NCBI GenBank assembly: GCA_051252135.1
Contig: JBPOGH010000017.1
Location: 39,558-103,557, forward strand
Direction of reading: 5' to 3'
DNA from: Verrucomicrobiaceae bacterium
GTDB taxonomy: Bacteria; Verrucomicrobiota; Verrucomicrobiia; Verrucomicrobiales; Akkermansiaceae
Length of the DNA: 64,000 bases
In this document: positions 29,761-38,971 of the stretch, piece after piece
How the letters are laid out: every line of letters begins with the position of its first letter
Numbering within the stretch: position 1 is the stretch's first letter
Position numbers and translations under genes: made by a program
The notes under the pieces: generated by a model
Databases searched by the model: none
Seen by the model: the letters and a program-made list of their open reading frames with translations, nothing else
What the model was told of the DNA's origin: nothing

Positions 29761-32700
29761 TCACGGGAACACCCCCAACACGTCTATCACCTCCGCCTCT
29801 TCTCCATACCGGTGAATGATCCCCTTGCCCGCGTTGTCCCAGATCTCGGCATAATAGGTCGGCACACCGTCGACAGGTTTCGATACCAGAAGCTTCATCG
29901 TATCATCCCTGAATTGCCACGCCTCACTTTGTTCCGCCGGAAGTTCATAGGAAACATACTCGCGATCAGCCAATGTATCCAACCACTCGCAGTAACTCCA
30001 CACCCCGATCTGAAACTGATGGGGCGACTTGAAGGTCATTAGAGACGCGGGAGCCGACGCAAAATGGGGCAACATGATGTCATAAAGTCGTGCCGCGGAC
30101 GGATGATAGGCACTGGCAAGCGCAATGGCCGGCATCTTCGGCTCGGTGGGCACCCCGTCTCCTCGACGGGAAATCGCGTTCTCCGCAAACACCCCAAGCG
30201 GGGCAGCCCCATCCGGCACGAAGAAATATTGAAATGCATCGGCATACTTTGCGGCAAAGAACGCCGCTGAAGTCGTGTCCCTCCCCGAAAGAACTCCCAG
30301 ATAGCGATAACCGACATCAATCCCGTAATTCGCATCGTAGCCATAATCACCATGGCCAAACTCCGCAATCATCCCCGTCGAGCTAAACCATTCACCATTC
30401 GGGCGATCCGAAGCCGCAGTGGGATTGCCGTAGTAAATTTCGTTCGCGAGCGCATCAATCTCTGCCTGGGTCTTCAACAGCGTCCCTCCATCCAACGCCG
30501 CATAGGCCTCATTGACCGCATAAACACCCATCAGGGCACAGAGGTCTTGATTCGGCGCATGACCCCGCCCGCTCCCGGAAAACTGGAATGGCATTGCGTT
30601 CTCAAGCATCGTCTTCCAGGCCACCACCCTTAAGGTCGTGTTCGTCCCCGTCCCGTTCGGATCCATCAGCTCCAAAAGCCGCACTCCCATCTCCGGAAGC
30701 CCGGCCATCAACGCAATCGCGTTGCCCAGACCATGCAGCGTAAACCCCACCACCGAGCTTTTTCCGTTCGTTCTTACCGGAACCCCGCACCACCCGTGAA
30801 ATTCGTTGAATCCCCCATTGCTGCCCTGGGCCCGACACATGTAATCGATCGACCAGATCGCCGCGTCAAGAACATCGGGATTCTCAAAGTGGGCACTGTC
30901 AGGCTGCATGTAAGCCCATACCAAAACCGGCGTGCATTCCGACTGCCGCATATTATCGGAGTTGTGAAACTGCCCGTGGCGGATGTCACCCGGCGTCGTA
31001 TTACGATCGACCAAATAGGTATCGGTAATCAATTGGTCAATTCGCGCCACCACCCCCGCCCGCACCGCTGTGAGGTAGTCGGGCGTCTTCCGCACCCGGT
31101 AAAACCCGGCCTCGCCGACTGCCACATCAGCCTCGTAGGAATTCGTGGGAGGCGTTCCGGCCACCGATCCCAACACCGTCCAATCTTCCAAATCGGACGA
31201 GGCTTCAACCTGATACCTCATCCCCGACTCACTGCTCCAGCTCACCGAGGTTTCCGCCTGAACCGACATCTTAAAATCCTCCTCCGGAGGCCCCACAACA
31301 ACCTCCCCCGCTCCGCTAAAAAAGGCCGGGTGGGTCGCCGCACTGTAAACCCCAACTCCTTGCACCACTCCACCCAGGGTTAACCCGGATATCTTCAGAT
31401 CGGCATAATCAGCCTCCCCGGGCACCGCTGTGACAAAATCAAGTTCCACCACACTTCCACTTTCAACCGCCAAGCTCGCAGAAGTCTTCAGCACCCGACC
31501 ATGATCGATCCTGAGCATCCCGCTCACCACCAAATCACTGTCCCCAAAATCACCCGGAAAGATCGTCCTCACCCTCCCGTTCCCCGGAAGAATCGTCGTC
31601 GTGCCGGAGTACGAATTTCTTCGTAGAACATTCACCCCAAAATCACTCTGATCCGCTTTTAACTCCAATCCGTCGACACCTGAAATTTGCACATCCAGAT
31701 GGAGATTCCGGTTCTTCGCCCAAATCCTGGGAACTCCTCCCGCCCCCGCCATGATCAGTCGACTCGAGTTTTTTGAACTCAGGCTCATATCCCGGTTCAC
31801 CGTCCCGTTGTCCCGATACGTCAACTCACCCAGGATCACATCCGCCGCCAAATCCACAGTCTTGGCCACCAGATGATTGAGCTCAAAAGTCGCCACCTTT
31901 CCCGCTCCATACGCGATATCACCATCCTGCCAGTTCGCCGGATCACTCCAGCTCACTTCCGCTGTGTCATCATTGATCCACACCCCGTTCGCAGTTGGAA
32001 CCATCGTTGGATCACTGCCCGCTTGATACTCCTGCCATGCAAGGAGCCCGTCCCCATCGGTATCGCTCACATCCGCCGCTTCGTAATCAGCCGCCACAAC
32101 CAGATCCTCATAGTATAAATCGAGCCAAAAATAAGGAGTGCCATTGCTCGTCAACTGACTGCTCCCGGATGCCGAAGTCACCCGCAGCGTATCAACCCCA
32201 CCAAACCCATCGGTATCCACAAAGGAAAAACTCCACTTTGCCGCATCAACACCCGGCGCAAAAGACAACCCGCCATCAGTCACCACCCCTTCCCAGTTCA
32301 TCACATCCCAGGTTCCCGCCAGGTCGAGCCCGTCCAGAAACCCCACCTCCAGCAAAGCACCATTTTCAAAGGTCACATCTCCACCCGTCCCGTCCCCATC
32401 CGAGTCGTCCACAAACACCATCGCCACCCCCACCGCATCAATCACCACCTTGAATCGCCCTCCCGTTTTCTGACTCCAATACCCGTCAAGATTCCCCTCC
32501 GAGCCAATCCCGATCACACTCGCACCCGATCCCTCGACCGTAAAGGTGCCCTCATCATCAAGCACCACTCCCGTCCGAGTCACCAGAGAACCACCCGCCA
32601 CGATGATCTCGCCAGTCCCGCCTCCTTCCCCGATCCCGAAGTAACCACGAGCAATATTCACTTCGCCGCCATTGAGCCGATAAGTGCCATTTCCCCCGAT

Positions 32701-33099
32701 CCCAATTTGAAGCGTGTGCCCAAAAAAAGCCTCCCCCCCCTCCTGGGTGAGCGATCCCACATTTCCCGTGCCATGCCCGATCCGGGAGAACGTTCCCGAT
32801 GTCGTCGCGCTTAAAACTCCGCCGCCAACAATCTCCAGCTCCCCGCTCCCGTTCGTTCCCAGCCTCAAACTCTTAAAATTTGTCGAAGCACTCGAAACAA
32901 TCGCCCGATTCCCGCCTTCCAGATTCACATGCGCTTCATCGCCTCCACCTGGAAAGGAATTCCCCACCCAATTGGTGGCGGCGTTGAAATCGTTGCTCCC
33001 CCCGCTGTTGTCCCAATCAACCACCGCCGCCCGCACAAGCGACGACACAGAAAAAACTCCAGACAGAATCAAGCCTCGGGGAATCGAAAAATCGCACAT
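29761..33099 (-). CDS. Large secreted multidomain protein of unknown function (C-terminal helical, possibly catalytic domain)
   Basis: 1112-aa ORF with a signal peptide, Gly-rich repeats, a DTDGDG repeat and an internal S.DL..W...FYRV domain. Confidence 0.8.
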   Translation of the reverse strand: MCDFSIPRGLILSGVFSVSSLVRAAVVDWDNSGGSNDFNAATNWVGNSFPGGGDEAHVNLEGGNRAIVSSASTNFKSLRLGTNGSGELEIVGGGVLSATTSGTFSRIGHGTGNVGSLTQEGGEAFFGHTLQIGIGGNGTYRLNGGEVNIARGYFGIGEGGGTGEIIVAGGSLVTRTGVVLDDEGTFTVEGSGASVIGIGSEGNLDGYWSQKTGGRFKVVIDAVGVAMVFVDDSDGDGTGGDVTFENGALLEVGFLDGLDLAGTWDVMNWEGVVTDGGLSFAPGVDAAKWSFSFVDTDGFGGVDTLRVTSASGSSQLTSNGTPYFWLDLYYEDLVVAADYEAADVSDTDGDGLLAWQEYQAGSDPTMVPTANGVWINDDTAEVSWSDPANWQDGDIAYGAGKVATFELNHLVAKTVDLAADVILGELTYRDNGTVNRDMSLSSKNSSRLIMAGAGGVPRIWAKNRNLHLDVQISGVDGLELKADQSDFGVNVLRRNSYSGTTTILPGNGRVRTIFPGDFGDSDLVVSGMLRIDHGRVLKTSASLAVESGSVVELDFVTAVPGEADYADLKISGLTLGGVVQGVGVYSAATHPAFFSGAGEVVVGPPEEDFKMSVQAETSVSWSSESGMRYQVEASSDLEDWTVLGSVAGTPPTNSYEADVAVGEAGFYRVRKTPDYLTAVRAGVVARIDQLITDTYLVDRNTTPGDIRHGQFHNSDNMRQSECTPVLVWAYMQPDSAHFENPDVLDAAIWSIDYMCRAQGSNGGFNEFHGWCGVPVRTNGKSSVVGFTLHGLGNAIALMAGLPEMGVRLLELMDPNGTGTNTTLRVVAWKTMLENAMPFQFSGSGRGHAPNQDLCALMGVYAVNEAYAALDGGTLLKTQAEIDALANEIYYGNPTAASDRPNGEWFSSTGMIAEFGHGDYGYDANYGIDVGYRYLGVLSGRDTTSAAFFAAKYADAFQYFFVPDGAAPLGVFAENAISRRGDGVPTEPKMPAIALASAYHPSAARLYDIMLPHFASAPASLMTFKSPHQFQIGVWSYCEWLDTLADREYVSYELPAEQSEAWQFRDDTMKLLVSKPVDGVPTYYAEIWDNAGKGIIHRYGEEAEVIDVLGVFP

Positions 33100-33410
33100 A
33101 AGGAATCAGGCGGAAGCGCCACCCTTTCTACCATAAAGAGCTGAAAGCCCTCAATCTTTACAGCACCGCTACCAATCGCCACAAATCCGACCGAGCCCCG
33201 CCAACTCTCGCAGTGACAAATTCCCATGTCTTCCCCGTCATCGGCATTGTCCTCAAAAGCCCACAACTGATCGCGCTCCACAGCCCCCTCACTCCGGGAC
33301 ACCCACCTCCAAACGGGAGAATCCGGCACAATCGCTCTCCACCGCCCCACCTCAACCCTTGCCAACTCCCACCCCAACCCTACCCTTTCCCTAACCACTC
33401 CCTCCTCTTC

Positions 33411-33794
33411 ATGCGCGCCGACAAATGGCTCTGGGCCACCCGCTTCTTCAAAACCCGCTCCCAGGCCGCGCACGATTGCGCCGCCCACAAGGTCAAGCGC
33501 GCCGGTGACCCCATCAAAGCCAGCACCTCCCTAAAAATCGGCGACCGCCTCGAAATCCCCTCCCTCGACGGAACCCACAAACGCTCCATCGAGATCGCCG
33601 AACTCATCGACAAGCGCGTCAAAGCCTCCCTCGCCGCCGCGGCCTTCATCGATCACACCCCGCCCGAAGTCCTCGCCGATGCCGAGCGACGCCGCATTGC
33701 CAACCGCGAAGCCCGCGCCAACCGGAAGCTCGGAGACCAGGGCCGCCTCACCAAAAAGAAACGCCGCGACTGGGAAGACAATTCCTTCTTCTAA
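33411..33794 (+). CDS. hslR: S4-domain ribosome-associated heat shock protein Hsp15
   Basis: MRADKWLWATRFFKTRSQA; GR.TKK.RR at the C-terminus. Confidence 0.9.
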   Translation: MRADKWLWATRFFKTRSQAAHDCAAHKVKRAGDPIKASTSLKIGDRLEIPSLDGTHKRSIEIAELIDKRVKASLAAAAFIDHTPPEVLADAERRRIANREARANRKLGDQGRLTKKKRRDWEDNSFF

Positions 33795-33824
33795 GGATCG
33801 CCAAACCCTCTACCATCCCACCCC

Positions 33825-34094
33825 ATGTCTTGGATCATCATCGCCTACCTCCTCACCCTCGCCTTCCTCACCGTTCAGCATGGAAAATTCACCAATCCCG
33901 AAGGACTTCAAAAAGCGTGGTTCTTCTTCTCTTTCGCCTTCTTCAGCAAGGTCGTCGTCACCTTGTTTCAGGTCAACAACCTGCGAAGCTCCCAGGACAT
34001 GATGTGCGGTCAACTCTGGCAGGACGCCCTCCCCTGCCTCTTCATCGGCCTCAGTATCCTGCACCTTTCAAAATGCTTCTCCCCAAAGCCATGA
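33825..34094 (+). CDS. Small membrane protein (possibly frameshifted, true end 34165)
   Basis: Three hydrophobic segments; host-like codon usage continues in another frame to 34165. Confidence 0.65.
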   Translation: MSWIIIAYLLTLAFLTVQHGKFTNPEGLQKAWFFFSFAFFSKVVVTLFQVNNLRSSQDMMCGQLWQDALPCLFIGLSILHLSKCFSPKP

Positions 34095-34246
34095 TCGAAA
34101 TGCCCGAGGAAACCGAATTCGTCGAACGCGACTTCAAAACCACCGTCTCCTTCACGCAGAAATAACAGGAGTTCCCCTTGCCCGCCACCCAATCACCCCG
34201 ACAAAATCCAACTTGCCCTCTCTCCCCCAACCGCTAACCTTCACTC

Positions 34247-34996
34247 GTGAAAAAATTAATTCTCCCACTCCTCGCGAGCACCCTCGTCGCCGGGGCCTTT
34301 GATATCCCGAAAGGATTTCATAACCTCAGTGAGCTCGATGCCGCCCAAGCCGAAGCCGTCAAAAACGGCGAAATGATCGCCTTCCTCCTCACCGATCCCA
34401 AGCTTCAGCCTTCCTGACCAACCTGCTCTGGAACCGTCAGTGTGACGGCATCAAAAGAAATCAAGCGCGGCTTCGCTCCTGTCATCGTCGATTATAACAA
34501 CGACCGCAGCAACATCCCCGCAGCCCTCCAGAAAGCACTTCCCGGAGGCTCCATCCCACACATCGTCCTCATGGACCCCGCCATGACCAAGGCATACGGC
34601 TCCTACAACCACGCCCAACTCAAGGGCCAGGACTACCGCTCCATCTTCAAGGACGCCAAAAAAGCCGCCACCATCGACATCAAGGCCGGAAAGTTCGTCC
34701 TCGCTCCCGTCGAGGAAAAACCCGCCGAAGAGCCCAAGAAAGAAGCCGTCGCCAAAGCCGCCGCCGCTGACAAAAAACCCGCTCCCAAATCGGTCAACAT
34801 CATCGAATTCGAAGAGCCCGCCCTCGAAACCTGGCACAGCAGCAAAGGTCAAAAATTCATCGCCCGCCTCACCGCCGTAGAAAACGAAAAAACCTTCGTC
34901 TTCCACATCCAGGGAGGCCGCACCGTCCGCGCCAAGGCCGACCAACTCCGGCATGACTCCGCCCTCCGCGCCAAAAAACGCGCCGGACTCCAGTAA
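34247..34996 (+). CDS. Candidate selenoprotein: exported thioredoxin-like UxxC protein with C-terminal SHD1-like domain (249 aa with TGA read-through)
   Basis: GTG 34247 is in frame with ORF 34442; signal peptide MKKLILPLLASTLVAGA; single in-frame TGA 34415-34417 in S-U-P-T-C; IPHIVL cis-Pro loop; W.S..G..F.A.L SHD1-like motif. Confidence 0.8.
34415..34453 (+). promoter_or_regulatory. Putative bacterial SECIS element
   Basis: Perfect stem CCGTCA(34434-39)-GTG-TGACGG(34443-48); the loop starts with G after a 22-nt gap from the TGA; possible lower stem TGG/TCA. Confidence 0.6.
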
Positions 34997-35015
34997 ACGG
35001 ACAAACAAACATTTC

Positions 35016-35052
35016 ATCCCGCCCCCGACCACCATCGGGCGCGGGATTTTTT
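35016..35052 (+). terminator. Intrinsic terminator
   Basis: ATCCCGC-CCCCGA...TCGGGC-GCGGGAT followed by TTTTT. Confidence 0.7.
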
Positions 35053-35094
35053 ATTCCACCTCCCCCCCTTGCCAAATCTCCCACTCGGGCGAGG

Positions 35095-36198
35095 ATGCCC
35101 CGTCATCCATCTCCTTCCTTCATCGTGAATCATCCCGCCCTCTTTGCCCCCCTCCAAGCCGGAGCACTCCACCTCTCCAACCGCATCCTCATGGCCCCCC
35201 TCACCCGCATCCGGGCCGATGCCGACCACGTCCCCACCGACCTCATGGTCCAGCACTACGCCCAGCGCGCCTCCGCCGGACTCATCATCGCCGAGGCCAC
35301 CATGGCCATGGAAGGCCGCTCCGCCTTCGGCACCGAGCCCGGCATCTACTCCCAAGCCCAAATCGACGGCTGGAAAAAAGTCACCGATGCCGTCCATGCC
35401 AAGGACGGAAAAATCGTCCTCCAAATCTGGCACGGCGGCCGCGCCTGCCACCCCCTCCTCAACAACGGGAAGGAAGCCGTCGCCCCCTCCGCCATCCCCA
35501 TCACCAACGACGAGGTCCACACCCCCGAAGGCAAAAAACCCTACCCCGTCCCGCACGCCCTCACCCTCGAAGAAATCCCCCCGATCATCGAGGGCTTCCG
35601 CACCGCAGCCCAAAATGCCCAAGCCGCCGGCTTCGATGGCATCGAAGTCCATGGCGCCAACGGATACCTCCTCGATAGCTTCCTCCGCGATGGCGCCAAC
35701 AAGCGCACCGACTCCTACGGAGGCTCCTTCGAAAACCGCGCCCGCCTCCTCCTCGAAGTCCTCCACGCCACCATCGACGTCTGGGGCTCCGACCGCGTCG
35801 GCCTCCGCGTCTCCCCGCTCAACTCCTACAACAGCAGCTCGGACTCCGATCCCGTAGCCCTCTACACCTACCTCGCTGAACAACTCAACCCCCTCCACCT
35901 CGCCTACCTCCACGTCATGCGCGCCGACGTCCTCGGCGACCTAAAAGGCGAAGTCCTCAAGCCCATCCGCGCCGCCTACCAGGGCACCCTCGTCGCCAAC
36001 ATGGGCTACCTCGCCGAAGAAGCCAACCAAGCCATCGCCGATGGCGAAGTCGATGCCGTCGCCTTCGGTGTCCCCTACCTCGCCAACCCCGACCTCCCCG
36101 AACGCTTCGCAAAAAACGCCCCCCTCAACGAGCCCAACCCCGACACCTTCTACGCCCCCGGCCCGGAAGGCTACAACGACTACCCCTTCCTCGAGTAA
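35095..36198 (+). CDS. Old Yellow Enzyme family alkene reductase (NemA-like)
   Basis: MAPLTR.RA, QIWHGGR, GFDGIEVHGANGYL, N.RTD.YGGS.ENR, ANPDL; the start may be GTG 35125. Confidence 0.95.
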   Translation: MPRHPSPSFIVNHPALFAPLQAGALHLSNRILMAPLTRIRADADHVPTDLMVQHYAQRASAGLIIAEATMAMEGRSAFGTEPGIYSQAQIDGWKKVTDAVHAKDGKIVLQIWHGGRACHPLLNNGKEAVAPSAIPITNDEVHTPEGKKPYPVPHALTLEEIPPIIEGFRTAAQNAQAAGFDGIEVHGANGYLLDSFLRDGANKRTDSYGGSFENRARLLLEVLHATIDVWGSDRVGLRVSPLNSYNSSSDSDPVALYTYLAEQLNPLHLAYLHVMRADVLGDLKGEVLKPIRAAYQGTLVANMGYLAEEANQAIADGEVDAVAFGVPYLANPDLPERFAKNAPLNEPNPDTFYAPGPEGYNDYPFLE

Positions 36199-36218
36199 GA
36201 TTACCGATCGGCGGACCC

Positions 36219-37400
36219 CTAGGAATAAACCACCACCGGGCCCACCCCGCCGCCACCCTGCACCTCACGCAGCTTCTTCACCGCCTTCTTCACCGCCTCC
36301 ACCGCCTCATCAATCTCACCCCGGGTCGTAAAGCCCGAGAGCGATATCCGCAGACTGCTCTTCGCCTGCACATCACTCAGACCCATCGCCTTCTGCACAT
36401 GACTCGGCTGCTGCTTGCCCGTCATGCACGCACTTCCTGTCGAAATCTGCACCCCGTATTGGTCCAGTAAAATTAGCAACCCCGCCCCCTCGCACCCCTC
36501 AAAGGAAGCATGCACAATCGTCGGCACTCGATGCTCCCGATCCCCGTTCAAACTCACCCCCTCGATCTCCGCACAAAGCCGCGCCTCCAAATGATCCCGC
36601 AACTCCGAGATCCCCTGATGCCCGTCCTTCTCCAGTGCCAGCCGCGCCAACTCCGCCGCCTTCCCCAGCCCCACAATATACGGAACATTCTCCGTTCCGC
36701 TCCGCCTCCCGTCCTCCTGCCCGCCACCGCGAATAAGTGGCTCAAATCGCGTCCCTTCCCGCAAATACAGCGCACCCACCCCCTTCGGCGCGTGAAACTT
36801 ATGCCCGCTGATACTCAAAAAATCCACCGGCACCTCGCGCACATTCACCACCGTCTTCCCCACCGCCTGAATCGCGTCCGTATGAAACGCATAGCCATTT
36901 GCCTTGGCGAGTTCACAAAGCTCCCCCACCGGCTGAATCACCCCCGTCTCATTGTTCGCCCACATCACACTCGCAAACCCCTGCTCCGCCCCATCACATG
37001 CCACCTCAAACTCATCCACCTCCACCCGTCCGCCCGCATCCACCCCGCAACGCACCAAATCAAATCCCACCGCCTCCATCGCCTCACAAGGACGCAGCAC
37101 CGCACTGTGCTCAATCTCACTCGTGATCACCCGCGATGTCTTCCGCCCGTAAATCCGCGCCAGCGACTTCAGCACCATATTGTTCGACTCCGTCCCGCAC
37201 CCCGTAAAAACAATCTCCTCCTCCTTCGCCCCAATCAACTCCGCCACCTGACCCCGCGCCTCCGCCATCGCCTTCTTCACCACCCGACTCGCCCGATACC
37301 CGCTCGACGGATTGTGAAAATGCTCCCCTAAAAACGGCAACATCGCCTCCACCACTTCCGGATGCACCTGGGTCGTCGCGTGGTTGTCCAAATAGATCAT
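36219..37400 (-). CDS. Cysteine desulfurase (IscS/NifS group I)
   Basis: IYLDNHATT, HTDAIQ, SGHKFHAPKG, STGSAC. Confidence 0.93.
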   Translation of the reverse strand: MIYLDNHATTQVHPEVVEAMLPFLGEHFHNPSSGYRASRVVKKAMAEARGQVAELIGAKEEEIVFTGCGTESNNMVLKSLARIYGRKTSRVITSEIEHSAVLRPCEAMEAVGFDLVRCGVDAGGRVEVDEFEVACDGAEQGFASVMWANNETGVIQPVGELCELAKANGYAFHTDAIQAVGKTVVNVREVPVDFLSISGHKFHAPKGVGALYLREGTRFEPLIRGGGQEDGRRSGTENVPYIVGLGKAAELARLALEKDGHQGISELRDHLEARLCAEIEGVSLNGDREHRVPTIVHASFEGCEGAGLLILLDQYGVQISTGSACMTGKQQPSHVQKAMGLSDVQAKSSLRISLSGFTTRGEIDEAVEAVKKAVKKLREVQGGGGVGPVVVYS

Positions 37401-37446
37401 TGGAGAATCAGTAACGCCACCCTACCCTTCCCGCAAGCCTTCAGCC

Positions 37447-37812
37447 ATGTCCCGCCGACCTCTCCGCAAGCTCCGCACCACCCTCAACCTCATCGTGGTC
37501 GTCCTGCTCACCCTCCTCGCCAACCACTTCCACCAGGCATGGCAAAATGACCGGGCCGCCCGGGAAATCATCTCCCTCTGCCAACTTCCACCTCTCCCGG
37601 ACGACCTCAAGGTCATCTACGCCTCTCAGACCGATCACTCCGTCGCCCTCGCCATCACCGGCCCCCCCAAACCCTTCGATGCCTGGCTCGGCCAAATCGA
37701 CGAATGGCGAAAAAAAACACCTCCCGTCCTCATCAATTTCACCATCCGCGAGTCCGAGCAGTCCATCCGCATGGACTTCTCCGCCGAACTCCGCCCCGAA
37801 GCCCGCAAATAA
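37447..37812 (+). CDS. Hypothetical membrane-anchored protein
   Basis: Host-like codon usage, N-terminal TM helix. Confidence 0.7.
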   Translation: MSRRPLRKLRTTLNLIVVVLLTLLANHFHQAWQNDRAAREIISLCQLPPLPDDLKVIYASQTDHSVALAITGPPKPFDAWLGQIDEWRKKTPPVLINFTIRESEQSIRMDFSAELRPEARK

Positions 37813-37856
37813 CCCTCCTTGACCCCGCGCCCTCTTCCAACTAATTCCATCCCATC

Positions 37857-38417
37857 ATGGCAATCGTCGCAACCAACCTCAAAAAAGGACAGTGCATCAA
37901 ATACGAAGGTGAGCGCGGAGTCGTGCTCGGCCTCGAGCACCGCACCCCCGGCAAGGGCAACGCCCTCATCGCCGCCACCATCCGCTCCTTCGTCACCGGC
38001 AAGACCAAAACCATCCGCTTCGCCTCCAGCGAAAAGGTGGACATCGTCGAGACCGACCGCCAAAAACTCGAGTTCTCCTACTCCGAGCCCGGCACCTACC
38101 ACTTCATGGACATGCAAACCTATGACACCATCGGCTTCTCCGATGAATTCGTAGGCGACGCCAAGAACTTCATCAAAGAAGGTCAGACCGTTGAGGTTCT
38201 CTTCGTCGAGGGCTCAGCCGTCAGCATCGACCTCCCCGCCTCCGTCGAGCTCGAGGTCACCGAATCTTCCGAAGGGATCAAAGGCGACACCGCCAACAAC
38301 CCCACCAAGCCCGCCACCCTCGAAACAGGCGTCACCGTCCAGGTCCCCCTCTTCGTCAAACCCGGCGATATCCTCAAGATCAGCACCGAGGACTGCTCCT
38401 ACCTCGGCCGGGCCTAA
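37857..38417 (+). CDS. efp: Elongation factor P
   Basis: HRTPGKG loop, KGDTA..KPATLETG..QVPLF. Confidence 0.97.
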   Translation: MAIVATNLKKGQCIKYEGERGVVLGLEHRTPGKGNALIAATIRSFVTGKTKTIRFASSEKVDIVETDRQKLEFSYSEPGTYHFMDMQTYDTIGFSDEFVGDAKNFIKEGQTVEVLFVEGSAVSIDLPASVELEVTESSEGIKGDTANNPTKPATLETGVTVQVPLFVKPGDILKISTEDCSYLGRA

Positions 38418-38441
38418 GCCTCCACTGACAAATAACTCTTC

Positions 38442-38474
38442 AAAAAACGACGTCCTCACCGACGTCGTTTTTTT
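38442..38474 (+). terminator. Intrinsic terminator of efp
   Basis: AAAAAACGACGTC-CTCACC-GACGTCGTTTTTTT perfect stem. Confidence 0.85.
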
Positions 38475-38692
38475 ATGCCCCGCCCCAAAAGCAAACCCCA
38501 GTTCGTAGTGTAGGCTTTAGCCGAACTCCAGAACCCAAGCCCCTCAACCAAAAAGGCCAACCGCCAAAAGCCAATCGCTCAAACTCCCGCACACCTTCTC
38601 ACCCTCTTGCTTCCCCCGTTCGATCACCCCCACCCAATCCCCCAAACTCCATCCTTGAAAAAACATCCCCCCCAACCGACCATCCCCCCCGA

Positions 38693-38818
38693 ATGAAGAC
38701 CTTCTTCAACCTCCTCCTCGCCATCGTCATCCTCGTCGTCTTTGGAGGCACCGCATTCTTCATCTACGACGTCTCAAAAGGAGCACGCTTCGAGCGCGTC
38801 GATACCGCAGGGGAATAA
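38693..38818 (+). CDS. 41-aa single-TM small protein (not in ORF track)
   Basis: MKTFFNLLLAIVILVVFGGTAFFIYDVSKGARFERVDTAGE*; host-like C-ending codons; TTGAAA upstream. Confidence 0.7.
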   Translation: MKTFFNLLLAIVILVVFGGTAFFIYDVSKGARFERVDTAGE

Positions 38819-38971
38819 ATCCCCTCCTCCCCCTGCACGAACCCCCACCGGCGGACATCCCCTCCCGGCACCCCCGTGCCCGCACCCAATCACCCGCGCC
38901 TCAATCCATCGGCAGCCTTGCCCCCTCCCCCCTCAAGATCCTAACGTAAACAACCCTCCCAACACCCTTCC

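Noticed and set aside
34092..34103. Second apparent UxxC (TGA TCG AAA TGC) at the end of ORF 33825-34094
   Set aside because: The read-through frame has non-host codon usage, no thioredoxin context and no clear hairpin; it is better explained as a stop or frameshift
38501..38526. GTAG-type REP (GTTCGTAGTGTAGGCTTTAGCCGAAC)
   Set aside because: Single degenerate copy, with no partner or RAYT gene in the window
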